64,000 nucleotides of DNA from contig CAJVPI010000051.1 of assembly GCA_910592345.1 (NCBI GenBank), positions 1 to 64,000 of the forward strand. Direction: 5' to 3'. Positions within the stretch are counted from its first letter, which is position 1. Each line of letters opens with the position of its first letter. The translations under genes and the position numbers were made by a program. Under the pieces are notes generated by a model that saw only the letters and a list, made by a program, of their open reading frames with translations, was not told the origin of the DNA and did not search any database. Of this stretch, positions 27,593 to 39,978 are shown piece by piece. Source of the stretch: Paraglomus brasilianum. Lineage: Eukaryota.

Positions 27593-27820
27593 ATGATGAT
27601 GGCTTCCAATTTGATCCTTGCTCTAAAAACAAAGTCTCCAGCTTTGTATGTCAGGTCCTTTCTTGTCGCAGCGGTTTGTTGTTTCAAAGAAGATATCGTT
27701 CTCAGGCCTCAAAAGAAACTTCGCGGAAGACATGGCCATGGACCTGTAGACTTCGCTCTTGAGTCTCGTCACACAGGTGCAACAGTAGATGTTACTGAGA
27801 TCTCTTTTATTCATCCATAA
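27593..27820 (+). pseudogene. Fragment of a Crinkler-type PD-(D/E)xK REase domain
   Basis: LYVRSFLVAAV..LRPQKKLRGRHGHGPVDFALE..VDVTEI; truncated where the catalytic EVK is expected, next to the pogo relic. Confidence 0.55.
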
Positions 27821-27824
27821 TTAT

Positions 27825-28388
27825 GAAATCTCGATAATTCGGTTCGGACAACTGTAAGTGATCAAACTGTATAACTTTAATTCGTCTATTACAGATCAAT
27901 ACCATATATGTAATAATTTCTCGTTAATTCGAACGCTTATTCAAATTTCCTTCCTTTAATTCGGACGCTTAATAAAATTCAGCCGTCCCAAATTACGAAA
28001 GAGTTTTATGGATCGTTCCAAAAACAATACTGGTAAAAAACGTCCCAAACTCTATACTAATACACATCCATCTAACTGCCGCAAATATGTAAACAATCCT
28101 CATATATCCTATCGTAGTCTAGGCAAAGACTATGGAGTAGGAAAATCGACGATACAAGATATTATTTCTCAATCAGAAAAATGGCTAGCTATTGTAATTG
28201 ACATTAACGAGGCTTCTACACAACGCTTGAAAAATAAACCTCCGAAATGGCCAAAATTAGAACAAGCGTTATGGCTATGGACAACGACAATAATTGAAAC
28301 CAATCTTCCACTTACCGGGGACGCGATTATGGCCAAAGCTTGCTATGCAGTGCGTTTAGGAATAAAGGATTTTATAGGCACTGTATGA
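27825..28388 (+). mobile_element. pogo/Tigger (CENP-B HTH) transposase 5' relic
   Basis: SYRSLGKDYGVGKSTIQDII (HTH) and KWPKLEQALWLW..LPLTGDAIMAKA (Tc5 HTH); repeated upstream subterminal taattcg(g/a)ac motifs; no DDE domain follows. Confidence 0.8.
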
Positions 28389-28959
28389 AACACGTCCATA
28401 CTGCACGAATATTAAGAACGATATATCGATACAGAGAAGGAAATTATTAAGGAGAATTTAGTGACTCATTTCAAAAACTGAGAAAAGGTTCTTTCTGCTA
28501 ATATGAAAAACAATATCATTTATTCTGGGAGTGTCAACAGTGCATTTGCGGAGATACTCAGATTGAAAAATATGGTCATGAGATATTATATTTAAGAGAT
28601 ATCGTAGATAGTAATAGTGACCCATTCCGTCCCCGGGAACTGGCCGAGACTCGTAGAAATAATACTGGCGCTCCAAAGAAAAACGGAGCGAAATTTCGTA
28701 TAATCAATTTAAATCAGCAGGACAAAGCTATGTTCAATTCCCAAATCGCGAATGACATAGTTGAGAAAACACCGATCCGAGAATTCAGTCATCAACTCAA
28801 AGGCGTTACACCACGCACATACGCAATATAAAACGTGGAAGAAGTAAACGAAAGGTAGTTGTATAGTATATCTAGTGAAATTTGTCTTATCGCGGCTTAC
28901 TCTGATGCTCATTTATTGCCAGGCCAATTGATTCAGGCGATGACAAGGAAAATTTATCA

Positions 28960-30228
28960 AACCAAAGAGAAAAAGGAAGCATAGGGAACGGGTTGCCTCG
29001 TTTGTCAAGTTGAGGTCAGTCGTGTCGTTTAGTGCCTATTATTTGATTCAAAATGGTGAGTCAAACTTCACATTAGAAACACAAGATTTACAATGTTATA
29101 TATACCTTCAAATCATTGATCAGATGTGCTAGGTGTTGTTCGCTACTCGATCCCCATCTATCGTTCTTGTATCTAAAGTACAATACCTAAGATATTGAAT
29201 TCGGACCGTAAAGGTTTGATAGAATTGAATAGTGAAATCGTACCACAATTAAACACCAGGAATGCTTAGAGAGGGATCTTCGCCTTCAGAGATGCCAAAC
29301 AAGCGATAGACTTCTTGGAATTTGAAATCAGTGAAAGCCTTTGACACTATGTGAAGAGAATGTTAGCATAGCATAGTGATGAGCAGCAGTGCTCTTATAA
29401 AGAAACAATGCTCTTATCAAGTATACGTACACATCTCGAGGGAAACGTTAAAACTTAGGGTTCAGCTGTCGCCATAACCTTTAATGTTCTCTGCAAATCC
29501 AAATCATCCGTTATAATGGCTTTTTTCATGCCTACGAAAATCGCCAATGTGGCCTCATTGACATTTTCAATGTCAGCCCAAGTTACAGTAATCTTTTTCT
29601 TAAGCTTGTCAATGGAGCTCTCATTTATATTTGTGACCCACGGAAATGGTGTCCTTTTGGGCTTCACAGTGACATCGAAAACTAAACAAAAAAAAATTTT
29701 TTTAAAACAAATAAGCAATGAAAATATAAGAGCATTGTGCCATAAAAAAATCATACTCTGGCATGGCTTGAGTTCAGAAGCCAACACTGGCCGGTTCACT
29801 TGAGTTATAATTCAAGAAAAACGGAAGCAAGTATACAATAAAAAAAAAAAAAAAGACAGGTCAGTGCTCGTTGATGCAACATAAGCATTCACTGATGAAT
29901 TCATATTACTATGTCAACTCTATCCTATATGTACACACTACATTACGAGATGCAAACAATAGGAGAGCGTATGGAATATTTAATAGAATGAAACGCATTA
30001 TTATGTCTACTCTACCCTGTGTACACACTGCTCTACGCCCCCGACGCCCGAGTAGTCAACTCTGCGTTCTGAAATTTTACCACCTGACCACTCCATACCA
30101 TTCTTCACAGTTTCTAGCTTCTCCAATATTTCTTTCTCCTTCTCCGTGAGTTCTACTTCTGCAAACAGCTTATCCTCCAGTGCCGTCAGTTGCTGCCCAC
30201 GTTGCCCTCTTTCAAAGTTCTTCAACAT
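28960..30228 (-). pseudogene. Decayed Crinkler-like gene (ubiquitin/PB1-like domain followed by the start of an REase)
   Basis: Exons read FDVTVKPKRTPFPWVTNI..DDLDLQRTLK, then KAFTDFKFQEVYRLFGISEGEDPSLS..VFNCG, then DTTDLNLTNEATRSL; stops and frameshifts present. Inclusion of the 30007-30228 coiled-coil ORF is uncertain. Confidence 0.55.
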
Positions 30229-30371
30229 AGCCTCCGTTCTTAACCGATCATTCGTCTATTCCAACTCGATGTTATGGATTTTTTTTTTTAATTTATTTTT
30301 TAATTTATTATTTTATTTATTTTTTTTTTTGTAAACGCGTCTCACGTGTTTGTGGAACAAGGGCATTCGCA

Positions 30372-30945
30372 ATGGCAAAAGGAACAGTGGATCATGCGCG
30401 AGGTAATGGTCGTCCCAGGAAAATAACCGGAAGAACATCCAAAGAAATGCCCATAATAATAAGCACAGACGTGTTGATTGGGCACGTCAACACCTTAATG
30501 ACAATTGGAGAAAGATATTATTTTCTGATGAAACTGCATTCCAACTTTACCGGAACGATGGTACAAAGGTGAACGACCAATTCGTCTCATGCCCAAAGAT
30601 CGTGCTACGAGCACCTTTAGCGTTCAATCGTAGGTGCAACTAATAAAGGAACGCAAAATCCTTGACATTTGTGTACAGTCAACGCAAAGCAATTCTGTAA
30701 AGGAAACTGTTTACGTTAGCATGTGTAGATTTTGCGCTGTCGGTAAGACAAGCTTATTTGATAATGGATGCCAAATTTTATGTAAGAAACACATTCCAGA
30801 AGTAAATAGGATGCTTGGAGGTGGGTGGACAACGATCCAAAACACACGAGTCGTCTTGCTACGGAGTTTCTGAAAGAAAATATCCCAGTGGTTATGTAAT
30901 GGCCATCGAATAGTCCTGATTTAAACCCAATAGAAAACCTAACTC
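30372..30945 (+). mobile_element. Tc1 (DD34E) transposase relic, frameshifted
   Basis: GRPRKIT; NWRKILFSDETAFQL; DNDPKHTS; WPSNSPDLNPIENL, spread over several frames with stops. Confidence 0.9.
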
Positions 30946-31243
30946 GTTGAGGCAATGGCAAAATAAAAATATCCGGTTTTTTGTCACACGCACGAGCTGA
31001 TGATAGTATACTAAGCTGATGACCAGTGACGTCACATGTGGTCCAGCTAAATTATGGTCCAGCGGAGATGTGCTGTTAAATTTGGGTTAAAAATGAATTC
31101 TTAGAATGAAAAATCTCTATTTTCGTTATTCATAATGACCTCTTGACACTGCGTTTGTGTAGCGATACGCATTCACACACCAAATATGGGGACAAAAAGG
31201 CTAGCACCAGTATTAAAAAACAATCATATCAACTTATAAACGC

Positions 31244-33848
31244 ATGGCAGCTCGCACAGGCGTTAGAGATGTCGAAATCGTGTTCGGTGCATCGGTTTCA
31301 ATACTTGGCGTTGCCGGCGTAGCATCATCTATTGCTTCTAAGGCCTCTGGAACCCTTGCACCATTTCTTCCTTTAATCAATAATATATTTTCGCTTTCTA
31401 AGGAAATTATAGAGCTGTATGAAAATGCTCAGCATAATAGGCGTACTTGTGGTCTTCTACTAGAACGAGCTGCATTGGCAAAGACTGCCGTAGAAATTTT
31501 TGTGGCAAGAGCAAATGAATTCAAGTCAGAATGCAGGTCAAAAGAGTTTTTAGACAATTTTCAAGGATTGGTGTCAGTTGTTCGAAAAATCAGGGATTTT
31601 GTTAAGGAGGTTTCGCGATTTTCACGTAAGTACTCTATTCTACCGGACAACGATTAATAATGTCTTACCCTTACAACATGCTTTTTTTTTTATTAAATAC
31701 TATTTTCCGTAAATTATCAGTGTTTAAGAAGATTGTTTTAGCAAGTGACATTAAAGATCGATTCAAGGAGCTCACGGAAGAGTTTGACGGTCGTATAGGA
31801 GTACTAAATTTTTCAATAAACGTCCAAAGTCATTGCGAGATGGATGCCATCGCACATGATATCAAGGAGCTGAAAACCGTACGTCTTATTTCATTTTTAA
31901 ACCCAAACCTTGGGCTGCAAGTCTGGTTTTACTATAATCCTGTTTCCACTAAATCCGACCTTTCCCCCCTTTGCTAGTATCTAAAAAATTTCCATGGGGG
32001 TCACTCTGCCGCAAGTACGTCGGCATTTGAAGATATCAATATGACATATGAAAAGTACTGTAAACAGACATTGCAGCTGGACGATGTGAAGGAAAAGGTT
32101 ATGATTCCAACTAACGAAATCAAACTGTCAAACGGAGATGAAAGGCGCGAGTATCGTAAAGCATATGGTACCTTTACGGGAACGAAAGACGCTGTCGCAC
32201 TGAAACGCCAAGCAGTGCAGAACGATGATGAAAAATTCAGAAGAGACTTAATTATCCGAACATTTATATACCAGAAGATGAAATTCGCCAAAAACATAAT
32301 TACGTTTTATGGACTAGTAAAGCGGGAAGAAGGGTATTTTCTTGTTACTGAGTGGCCGGAATATGGGACGTTGGTTGAAGCATACACGAATTATCCAGAT
32401 GCATTTACGTGGAAAGTGAAGTCAGAAGTTGCCGTGGACGTTATTAGGGGATTGACTTTCTTGCACTCGATATCGATCTTCCATCATCAAATCTCATCGA
32501 CTAATGTAGTGATTACGAGGGGATATACAGCCAAAATCACGAATTTTGAGTACAGGTATGTGTCGACAAGAAAGAAAAAAAAAAGATTTTTTTAATAACA
32601 ATGAACAAATGCGAATGCTTATTGATAAACTGTATGTACTGTCTTAGCCGAGAATACAACGATGTAACCGTTGACGTAGGCAATTCATTACAATATTTGC
32701 GTTATTTGGCCCCCGAGAAGCTACCAGAAATACAACCAGAATACAATGAGAAATGTGAAATATACAGGTAGGTTATTAGATATCAAAGGAAAACGAGATG
32801 ATGTATTATAACTGACACTAATTAGGTAATGATGTTATCAGCCTTGGAATACTTCTTTGGGAAATTGGAGAGTGTAAAATACCGTTCTCCGAATATGAGG
32901 ACGCTGTGAAATTAAGCGAGTTACTACAAAAAGGAAACATCTCACTTACATTTAGGCAGGATACTCCACCTGATTGGGAAAAAGCTACTCTTGAAGGTAA
33001 TTGATTGTTACATTCTTTATCAGCGAAAGCTAAGGAGAATCATGTTAATTCCTTGTAAATACCATAGCAGCGTAAAAAGCTCTGCGTCACGTCTGTAAAA
33101 CAAATAGATGATTATTCATACGATCGTACTCGTAGTTCTTACTTATCTGCTGCTCTTCTCTTCTTTCGACTCGTAAGCTACCAACTATCTTCCAACCATG
33201 CGCCCTATGTTGAGTGGACTATTCACGACTTTCTTTGACCTGTGTGAGAATATGAAATCAGCCCCCCCCGAATCTGCGCTTATATCAAACGAAGTAGACA
33301 TACGTATAATAAATGATGTTATAGAAGCAGCAACAGACATTTGGACGGTAGAACGAGCTATCGAAGAACATAAACTACGGGATAAAGGCGATCGTAAAAA
33401 AGCATTTCAAGTATTCAAGACACACGCTGAACGCGGTAGTGCTCTTGCCCAATACTATTACGGGTATTATTTGTATCATTATCGATATGATAAAGAGTCA
33501 GAAACAAGCGAGATATCCAAAGAGGAGGAGGAGGAAAGATTTAAAAAGGCTGCAATGGCTTTTAGAGAAGCAGGTGATGAAATACCTGAAGCGCTAGGCA
33601 GATACGGGGCTTGTTTGTTAGATGGAGTCGGCGTGGAACAAGATCAAGACCAAGCTATCGAATGTCTTGAAAAAGCTGCTAAAAAAAATAGCTCAACCGG
33701 TCTTTTTCTGCTGGGAAAACTATATTATTCAGGAGCGAGGGGCGTTGCAAGAGATCTGAATAAGGGAAAGTCTTATCTCAAACAGGCCGTCAGCGTCGGT
33801 AATAGTACAGCCAAAGCATTTTGTAGAACCAATAACATCCCATTGTAG
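31244..33848 (+). CDS. MLKL-like protein: N-terminal four-helix bundle, pseudokinase, C-terminal Sel1 repeats (6 exons)
   Basis: N-terminus FLPLINNIFSLSKEIIELYENAQHNRRTCGLLLER. Kinase fold VALK, NIITFYG, FLHS..HHQISSTN, KITNFE, YLAPE, KCEIYSLGILLWEI. Sel1 repeats AQYYYGYYL, YGACLLDGVGVEQD, LGKLYYSG..RDLNKG..LKQA. All hand-spliced introns are GT-AG and in frame. Confidence 0.88.
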
Positions 33849-36812
33849 AAGCTAAAATACTCGAAGAAGCCGCCGAATACGGCACATAGGCCAAATTGCT
33901 GTCAAGAACAGGATGCATATATGTAACTGTAACTAACTATTTATTTATTTATGGTAAGAATCATGATTGTGGCTCGCGAACGATACGACCAATAAATTCT
34001 TTCTGATTATAAGGAGGATTTTCTCAAACACATTTCGCTCAGATTATTTGCGCAAACAAGTGGTTATATTAGATTCTCGGCCTTTGAAAAGAACGAGTTT
34101 GGGGGTGAACTTTAATCATGTGAAAATGTATTGAGAAAGCATATCATTTAATGGACCTGGGGAAAGTATGCAAACGCCCACTCCTGAAACGTGTTTGACT
34201 ATCAATCAAGCCGAGTGTTTGTCATTTACTGTACATGTTTGTCTTGAGAATATTTCAATTGGTAATGTAAATAATATAATTAGAAACTTACCAGAGAGGT
34301 CCAAGCCATTTATCAGTAATTTGGCTTTGAAGCAATCTTGGTATTCCAAAGTCCAATAAATAACAAACGATGACAAATATGCGAATGATACGTGTAAGCC
34401 CAACAATGTTATATGAGACAACCGAGAATAAATATATGGTTTGTTCAAGATGCAGCGCATCAAGCAAGTATAAGCGGGCCGGAAAGTAGATTCTGTCTTC
34501 ATAGGTCGGTGCGTGAGATCCCAGTATACAGTAGATAATTTCCCAGGAACAATACTAAGACTGAAAATATAGAATGATTTTTAAAATTGCAGCGAATTGG
34601 TTGCAAGCGAAAAGGAAGGCTGTACTCAGTAGGTTAACATCTTCCCCAATTTTTTGACAGAGGCGTTGAGCTTATCCTCGATGGTTTATCGTTCTATCGG
34701 TATTTTACCGTTGTTCTTGCACACGCGTTTTAATTAGTACCTTTAAATTTTCCGATAATCTGAAACCATTTGAACTTTATGTATCACGACAAATATCCGA
34801 TAGGGTTTTGACAATTAAACTAAAATAGTGATAAACTTTAGCTGTGCAGGTAACAATTAAACTTTTTCTTTTCTTCCGAACCAATAATCAGGTTACACGG
34901 TCATTCAATGCATTTGTTATTCCATTATTGGTCATGTGGGTTTTAAGAATTGTAACAAATCAGCAGCTTACATCAAACCAAACAAAGAAGTGATATCTTC
35001 GCAAAGCATTGAAGATAAATGTAGTTTTGTGCCTCCGTGTTAGGTGGTCATAGTAATAGTAACGTAAGCCACTCTTTGCATCATGTATCACAAATTTAAG
35101 ACCTATGCATCCTTAATTAATCAAACAAAGTCGCGATGTCCAAAAAGTGTTACGCATTACCTTAAAAATAAAGTTGGAATATTCTCAGTATGCATCCAAA
35201 TGCTAAAGATGGGGGTTCTGTTTTGATTTAGCAATTGTTCGGTTATTACGCCCTGCCAAACACGTTTCAACAATGCATGGATGAAATATTAAATCTATAC
35301 CTAATTTATAGGTGTTGCGTTCACCAATTATGAATCATCGAGATATATTGTTATAAAAAAACCTCGCTATTTATAGAGTCAATAAAGGCAAGTCATGTGA
35401 AATTGTCAAATAAATAGTATATCCGAAACAATGTATATGGAAGCGTCTACAAAGAAAGAAAGTTCAGGGTATTACCACCTGCGGGTTGGCTGTACTAAGC
35501 TATCGCCACTTTAAGCGTATCGCGGCACAAGAGCGCTGCATATACCAACCAAATGGATATTTGATTATGCGGATAACGGAATTCGAATTTATCATAACAA
35601 CTCAAAAATTTCTATTGCAAAATCGGATATCGGACATATTGTTTCTATCGATGTTGATATTATGATTGTTAATACGTTGTATAATATTAAAATACGTCCT
35701 GGAAAAGGAAAGGAGCGGAAAATCGATTACGATAAAGTTGTCGGTAGTACAGCATCTCTGTATGAATCGGAGGATTTAACCCGTGCCCCACATTCTTGAG
35801 AAGTGCGGCTCAGTAAAAAGAACTAGAAGCCGAGTAATTGCCACTAAGCAGCGATCACAAAGACATTCGTGCAAAAAAGCCGGGACATCTTTATTCCGAA
35901 AAGAATGGGACATGTTTTCCGTACGAAGAATTTTTGTTGATATTACGTCATAGGAAATGAACAAGCCGTCATTGGTCGCAATCAACGATCAAAGACAATT
36001 AATTAATTATTCATCGCATCTGATAAAAGAATGTTACCGCTTGTTGTAGGTAGCAAAAAGTTTAAAGTAAGTGGTGGCCTGACCATGATTGACAAATCCA
36101 AAAAAAGAATCGGCTAGGGACGTATGCTACCCGGATTGGTTATAATCGAAAAAGTAAACGCACCCCCAATTAAACAGCTACCTACAATAAATAACCTTAA
36201 CGAGTGCAAGACACAAATCTCGTACTATCAAATTGTCCAATCAATTTCGCTGCTACACATTTATCAGATCCCATGTTATAATCAATACGAGTTCCTCGGA
36301 ATTATTAAACCAAACCATACAATAAATGATGCCCGAAATGTCAGGAGAAATGGTTTTGTAATCGTCTAATTTAATTAAAAAGAAAGAAACTTTATATATT
36401 TATACATCTTATTTTTATTTTTATTCTTGATTGGCCTCTTAATAAATTTTATTTAAAATTAGCGTTAAAGTTAAACTTTGCTACTATAATGATATAATTC
36501 TTATTGGGACAACTTTAAAATATATATGAACGGCATATTGAATATATGGATCATACTAATACGTATATACCCGCATTACTTTACCCTTTGTAACAGCCAC
36601 GGTTATTAGGTCACGCTCTCTTTCCTTAAAATTGGTTCATAAAACTGTGGGTTAGTAAAAGGTTCGAAACAAGGAAGTTCTTTTACGTTATACATAAATG
36701 ATGATGCACAGAACAGCCACCATTAATAAAGATGTTGCCGATTTGATCTATAAACGGAGCAAACAGGTTTCATTTATTAATTGGATAGATAATGTAGATG
36801 TTTTCAGATATT

Positions 36813-36888
36813 CTACGCAGTAACTACGCATCAGCTACGTATCAGCTACGCATCAGCTACGTATCAGCTACGCATCAGCTACGCATTG
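36813..36888. repeat. 11-bp minisatellite ctacg(c/t)atcag, about 6-7 copies
   Basis: Alternating ctacgcatcag and ctacgtatcag units. Confidence 0.95.
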
Positions 36889-37500
36889 CGTTTGCATGAA
36901 ATATTTGGTTTTACTACTAAGCATTGTTGCTTTGTGTAGCATCCCACCGATGAAATATTATCCAATCAGGAAATTACAAGCCACTACATCGCCCAATGAG
37001 ATACGCTTCCGCTAGCACAAGGCTATCCGCATTATTGTATACAAATTGATCGCATTCCAAGCGCAGTGATATGATACTATTAACTTACGATTGCGTAGTC
37101 AAACAAACCGAAATGAAAGGCTTGGCAGTTGTGCGAGCGACCATTATCCATCCAACCTTATAATGGTTAGCGGCATTATGTTACAGTTTCACCCATGTTT
37201 CCTTCGTTACGCATTAACGAAATTTGATTTGTTTCTGGTCTCCTTAAATAGTTAATCACAAAAACTATCTTCTAATATGGTTAGACCACATACTACAAGG
37301 TTTGACGGAGAACCCCGGTGGATGCCGACCGAAATCTTATTTGTATTTTAATTCTACATATCCTTTTTTTTTTTTTTTTGTGTTCGATGAAAGAAGAAAA
37401 CGCCGCAAATGAATTAGTGGTATACGCATTCTCTATGACGATCGCGATTATTATGACGATACCGAAAGTTGTTTGCATTGACGGGTACAATTTATCCGAA

Positions 37501-37561
37501 TGTGTATGTGTATGTGTATGTGTATTTGTATGTGTATGTGTATTTGTATGTGTATGTGTAT
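37501..37561. repeat. (TGTATG)n microsatellite
   Basis: tgtgtatgtgtatgtgtatg... with two tgtatt variants. Confidence 0.95.
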
Positions 37562-38958
37562 GGTTAATTGCTTTAGAATAAAATAGGTGTATAAATTAAT
37601 ATTACGTATTCGATATAAACCAAAAAGAAGAAGAAAAGAGAAGAGATGGGAAAAAAAAAAGAGACATTTGTTCATTAAACAATGAAGACTAATAAGGACT
37701 GTACGATCATGATAGATGGCTGATAGTTCCACCCTCGCATCAATGATAATATTCGTCATACCACGAATTACATTCAACATACATTTGGTGCATTCGCTAA
37801 CTAGAGCGATAACCTTTTTTTTTCTTTTAATAAAAAAATTCGATGTTTGTTCCATTGAAGAATAATATTAACAAAGAAAAGATATGAAAAATGGTATTGG
37901 TTACCAACGGAATAAATAAATAAATAAATAAATGATGTATAATAGAAATATGCAACCGAGAGAGAATAAATATGGTAAAATAAATATAATATATTTGTGA
38001 CAAAAAATCCTGTTGAGTATCAGAATGCCTAATTCGTATATAGAATGAGTATAATGTACGAGCGATGCTGTTATTCGTACTGGCATTCGACAACAGTGGC
38101 AGAAGGAGATATGTGTAAAGAGGGATAAGTAATGTCTTTGTTGTTTCTAATACACACAACCCCTTCCCATTCCTCTTCTCGAGCAATGTACTACCAAAAA
38201 AGTCCTCCCCACCCATCAACCAAAAAGTAGAGTCGATCCAAGTACGCTCGAGTAATATATGATGATAAGTTTGATGAATTAATACATATGCGAAAGTAAT
38301 GTCGATAAGAATGTGTGTATATTATGTATAATTGTCTTTGGTCCGATTTCTTCCATCTATTGTGTAAAAGAGAAAAGAGGCTATATGTATAAATGAGAAT
38401 AAGAATACAAGTCCAATAATAATAGTAATTTGTAATGGAAGAAATATATAATGGAGAAATAATATGTCTATGATGGATAAATAATACAAAAGGGAAGAGC
38501 GCGTAGTATAACAGCATTTCACCTGCGAGCACCCAAGTTGAATACGTCAGTTATCAAACAAATAACTGATCAATCTTGTATATATTACATTACACATCGC
38601 TCCCCGTATAAAAAAATGTCTTTTAAGTTTCTCCAAAGATTCGATAATACGCCCTTTGTCACAATATCCTATCCTAATAGTTTTAAGTAAAGTTTGAGTA
38701 ATGTCCCCCCCCCCCCCCCCTTTTTTCCCCCCCCCCCTCCTCCCCTCCTTCGTACCAAGAGTTCCCAACAATTGCACCATCTTTTGAATCCCCAAATAGA
38801 AAGTTTATTCCTTTATACACAATGATTTTTCCTTTCGCGTCAAGGATAGAGACGACTGCATATTGCGATTGTTGTTGAGCCAATGATTATCGCATTGCAC
38901 AGGAGGGTTTTCCAGAGGTCCAACAAGATCCCATCATCCGCTCCATTAATGAGTCACA

Positions 38959-39978
38959 TTAAAGAAGCTGAAGTTGAGCTGTTGGATTGCTGTAGACATT
39001 CTGAGCATCCTCAAGCATTGCTGTATAATTTGGATGAAACATCTCGTTGTAGAATATCATTCCGTTCCCGTCTACTGGGCTCGCAGCCGGGTAGGAAGGC
39101 GGTTTGGACATTGCAATTACCGAATTAGCATCCGAGACTTCGTATTCTCCGCCATGACCCTCACCGAGCGTAAGATGAGTAGGCGTGCCAAATTCAGCCA
39201 CACCTAAAACAGGTGGAGTGGGGGGCGTGCTTATCGGAGAGAGAAGCGCAGAACTATTCGAGGGAGAAGGTAGCATATTGATGGTCTCTGCTTGTATTTG
39301 CTGATGTGCCACGCCATAGGAAGAGTTCGAATTGGGTTGTGCGAGATTGTACATTGCGCTGTTTGGTGTCATTGTCAAGCCGTGAAGAAGAGCTTGTCCA
39401 GGAAGCTGCATCTGGATCGAATTCTTGATTTTGGTGGACGCATCGGCGTTCCCGTTGATGCTATTTAAAGCAAACTCGAAGGATAGCGCGAGTCTTTTGT
39501 GGTAAAACAGTTCTGTTTCAAGTGACTCGATCAACGAGCGATGACGCTGGATTTCTTTTTGGTACTCAATCGATGACTCGTATTGACTTTCACGGAGCGC
39601 CTTGATAGTATTTTCCAAATCACACAGATGTCTTTCCTTGCGTTCACGGAACGCACGTTGAGCGGCTCTGTTTTGGGCTTTCCGTAATGCGGGTGAAGCT
39701 GGGTTTGGCTTGCGGCCCGGCCTCTTTCGTTGTGGTGGCTGCGGTTGTTGAGAAGGTTCTTCGGGTTTGTCCCTTTTGCAGCTATTTGCATCGACAACGT
39801 TTGATCCATTTGTAATCTCGGAATTTTTAGAGTCTTGTTCTTCGGATGATATTTTGATCATTATTTTGTTGTCTAGACTCTCATTGGGAAGCTTTCTTCT
39901 GAGCGTATGTGTTGATAGCAGAATCGATTGTGTTGGAGTCGTTGATTGTGTCGTCGTTGTAGCTGAAGCTGTGGCCAT
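38959..39978 (-). CDS. YAP/AP-1-type bZIP transcription factor, intronless
   Basis: RKRPGRKP...RKAQNRAAQRAFRERKERHLCDLENTIKALRE basic region and zipper; single 339-aa ORF. Confidence 0.9.
   Translation of the reverse strand: MATASATTTTQSTTPTQSILLSTHTLRRKLPNESLDNKIMIKISSEEQDSKNSEITNGSNVVDANSCKRDKPEEPSQQPQPPQRKRPGRKPNPASPALRKAQNRAAQRAFRERKERHLCDLENTIKALRESQYESSIEYQKEIQRHRSLIESLETELFYHKRLALSFEFALNSINGNADASTKIKNSIQMQLPGQALLHGLTMTPNSAMYNLAQPNSNSSYGVAHQQIQAETINMLPSPSNSSALLSPISTPPTPPVLGVAEFGTPTHLTLGEGHGGEYEVSDANSVIAMSKPPSYPAASPVDGNGMIFYNEMFHPNYTAMLEDAQNVYSNPTAQLQLL

Noticed and set aside
34073..34090. ttctcggcctttg resembling the U2 snRNA 5' end
   Set aside because: The match does not extend to the GTGTAGTA branch-pairing region or an Sm site
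36813..36888. Repeat array considered as CRISPR-like
   Set aside because: Contiguous 11-bp units without spacers; eukaryotic context with no cas genes
37293..38883. Many short overlapping hydrophobic ORFs
   Set aside because: Explained by low-complexity, strand-skewed UTR-like sequence
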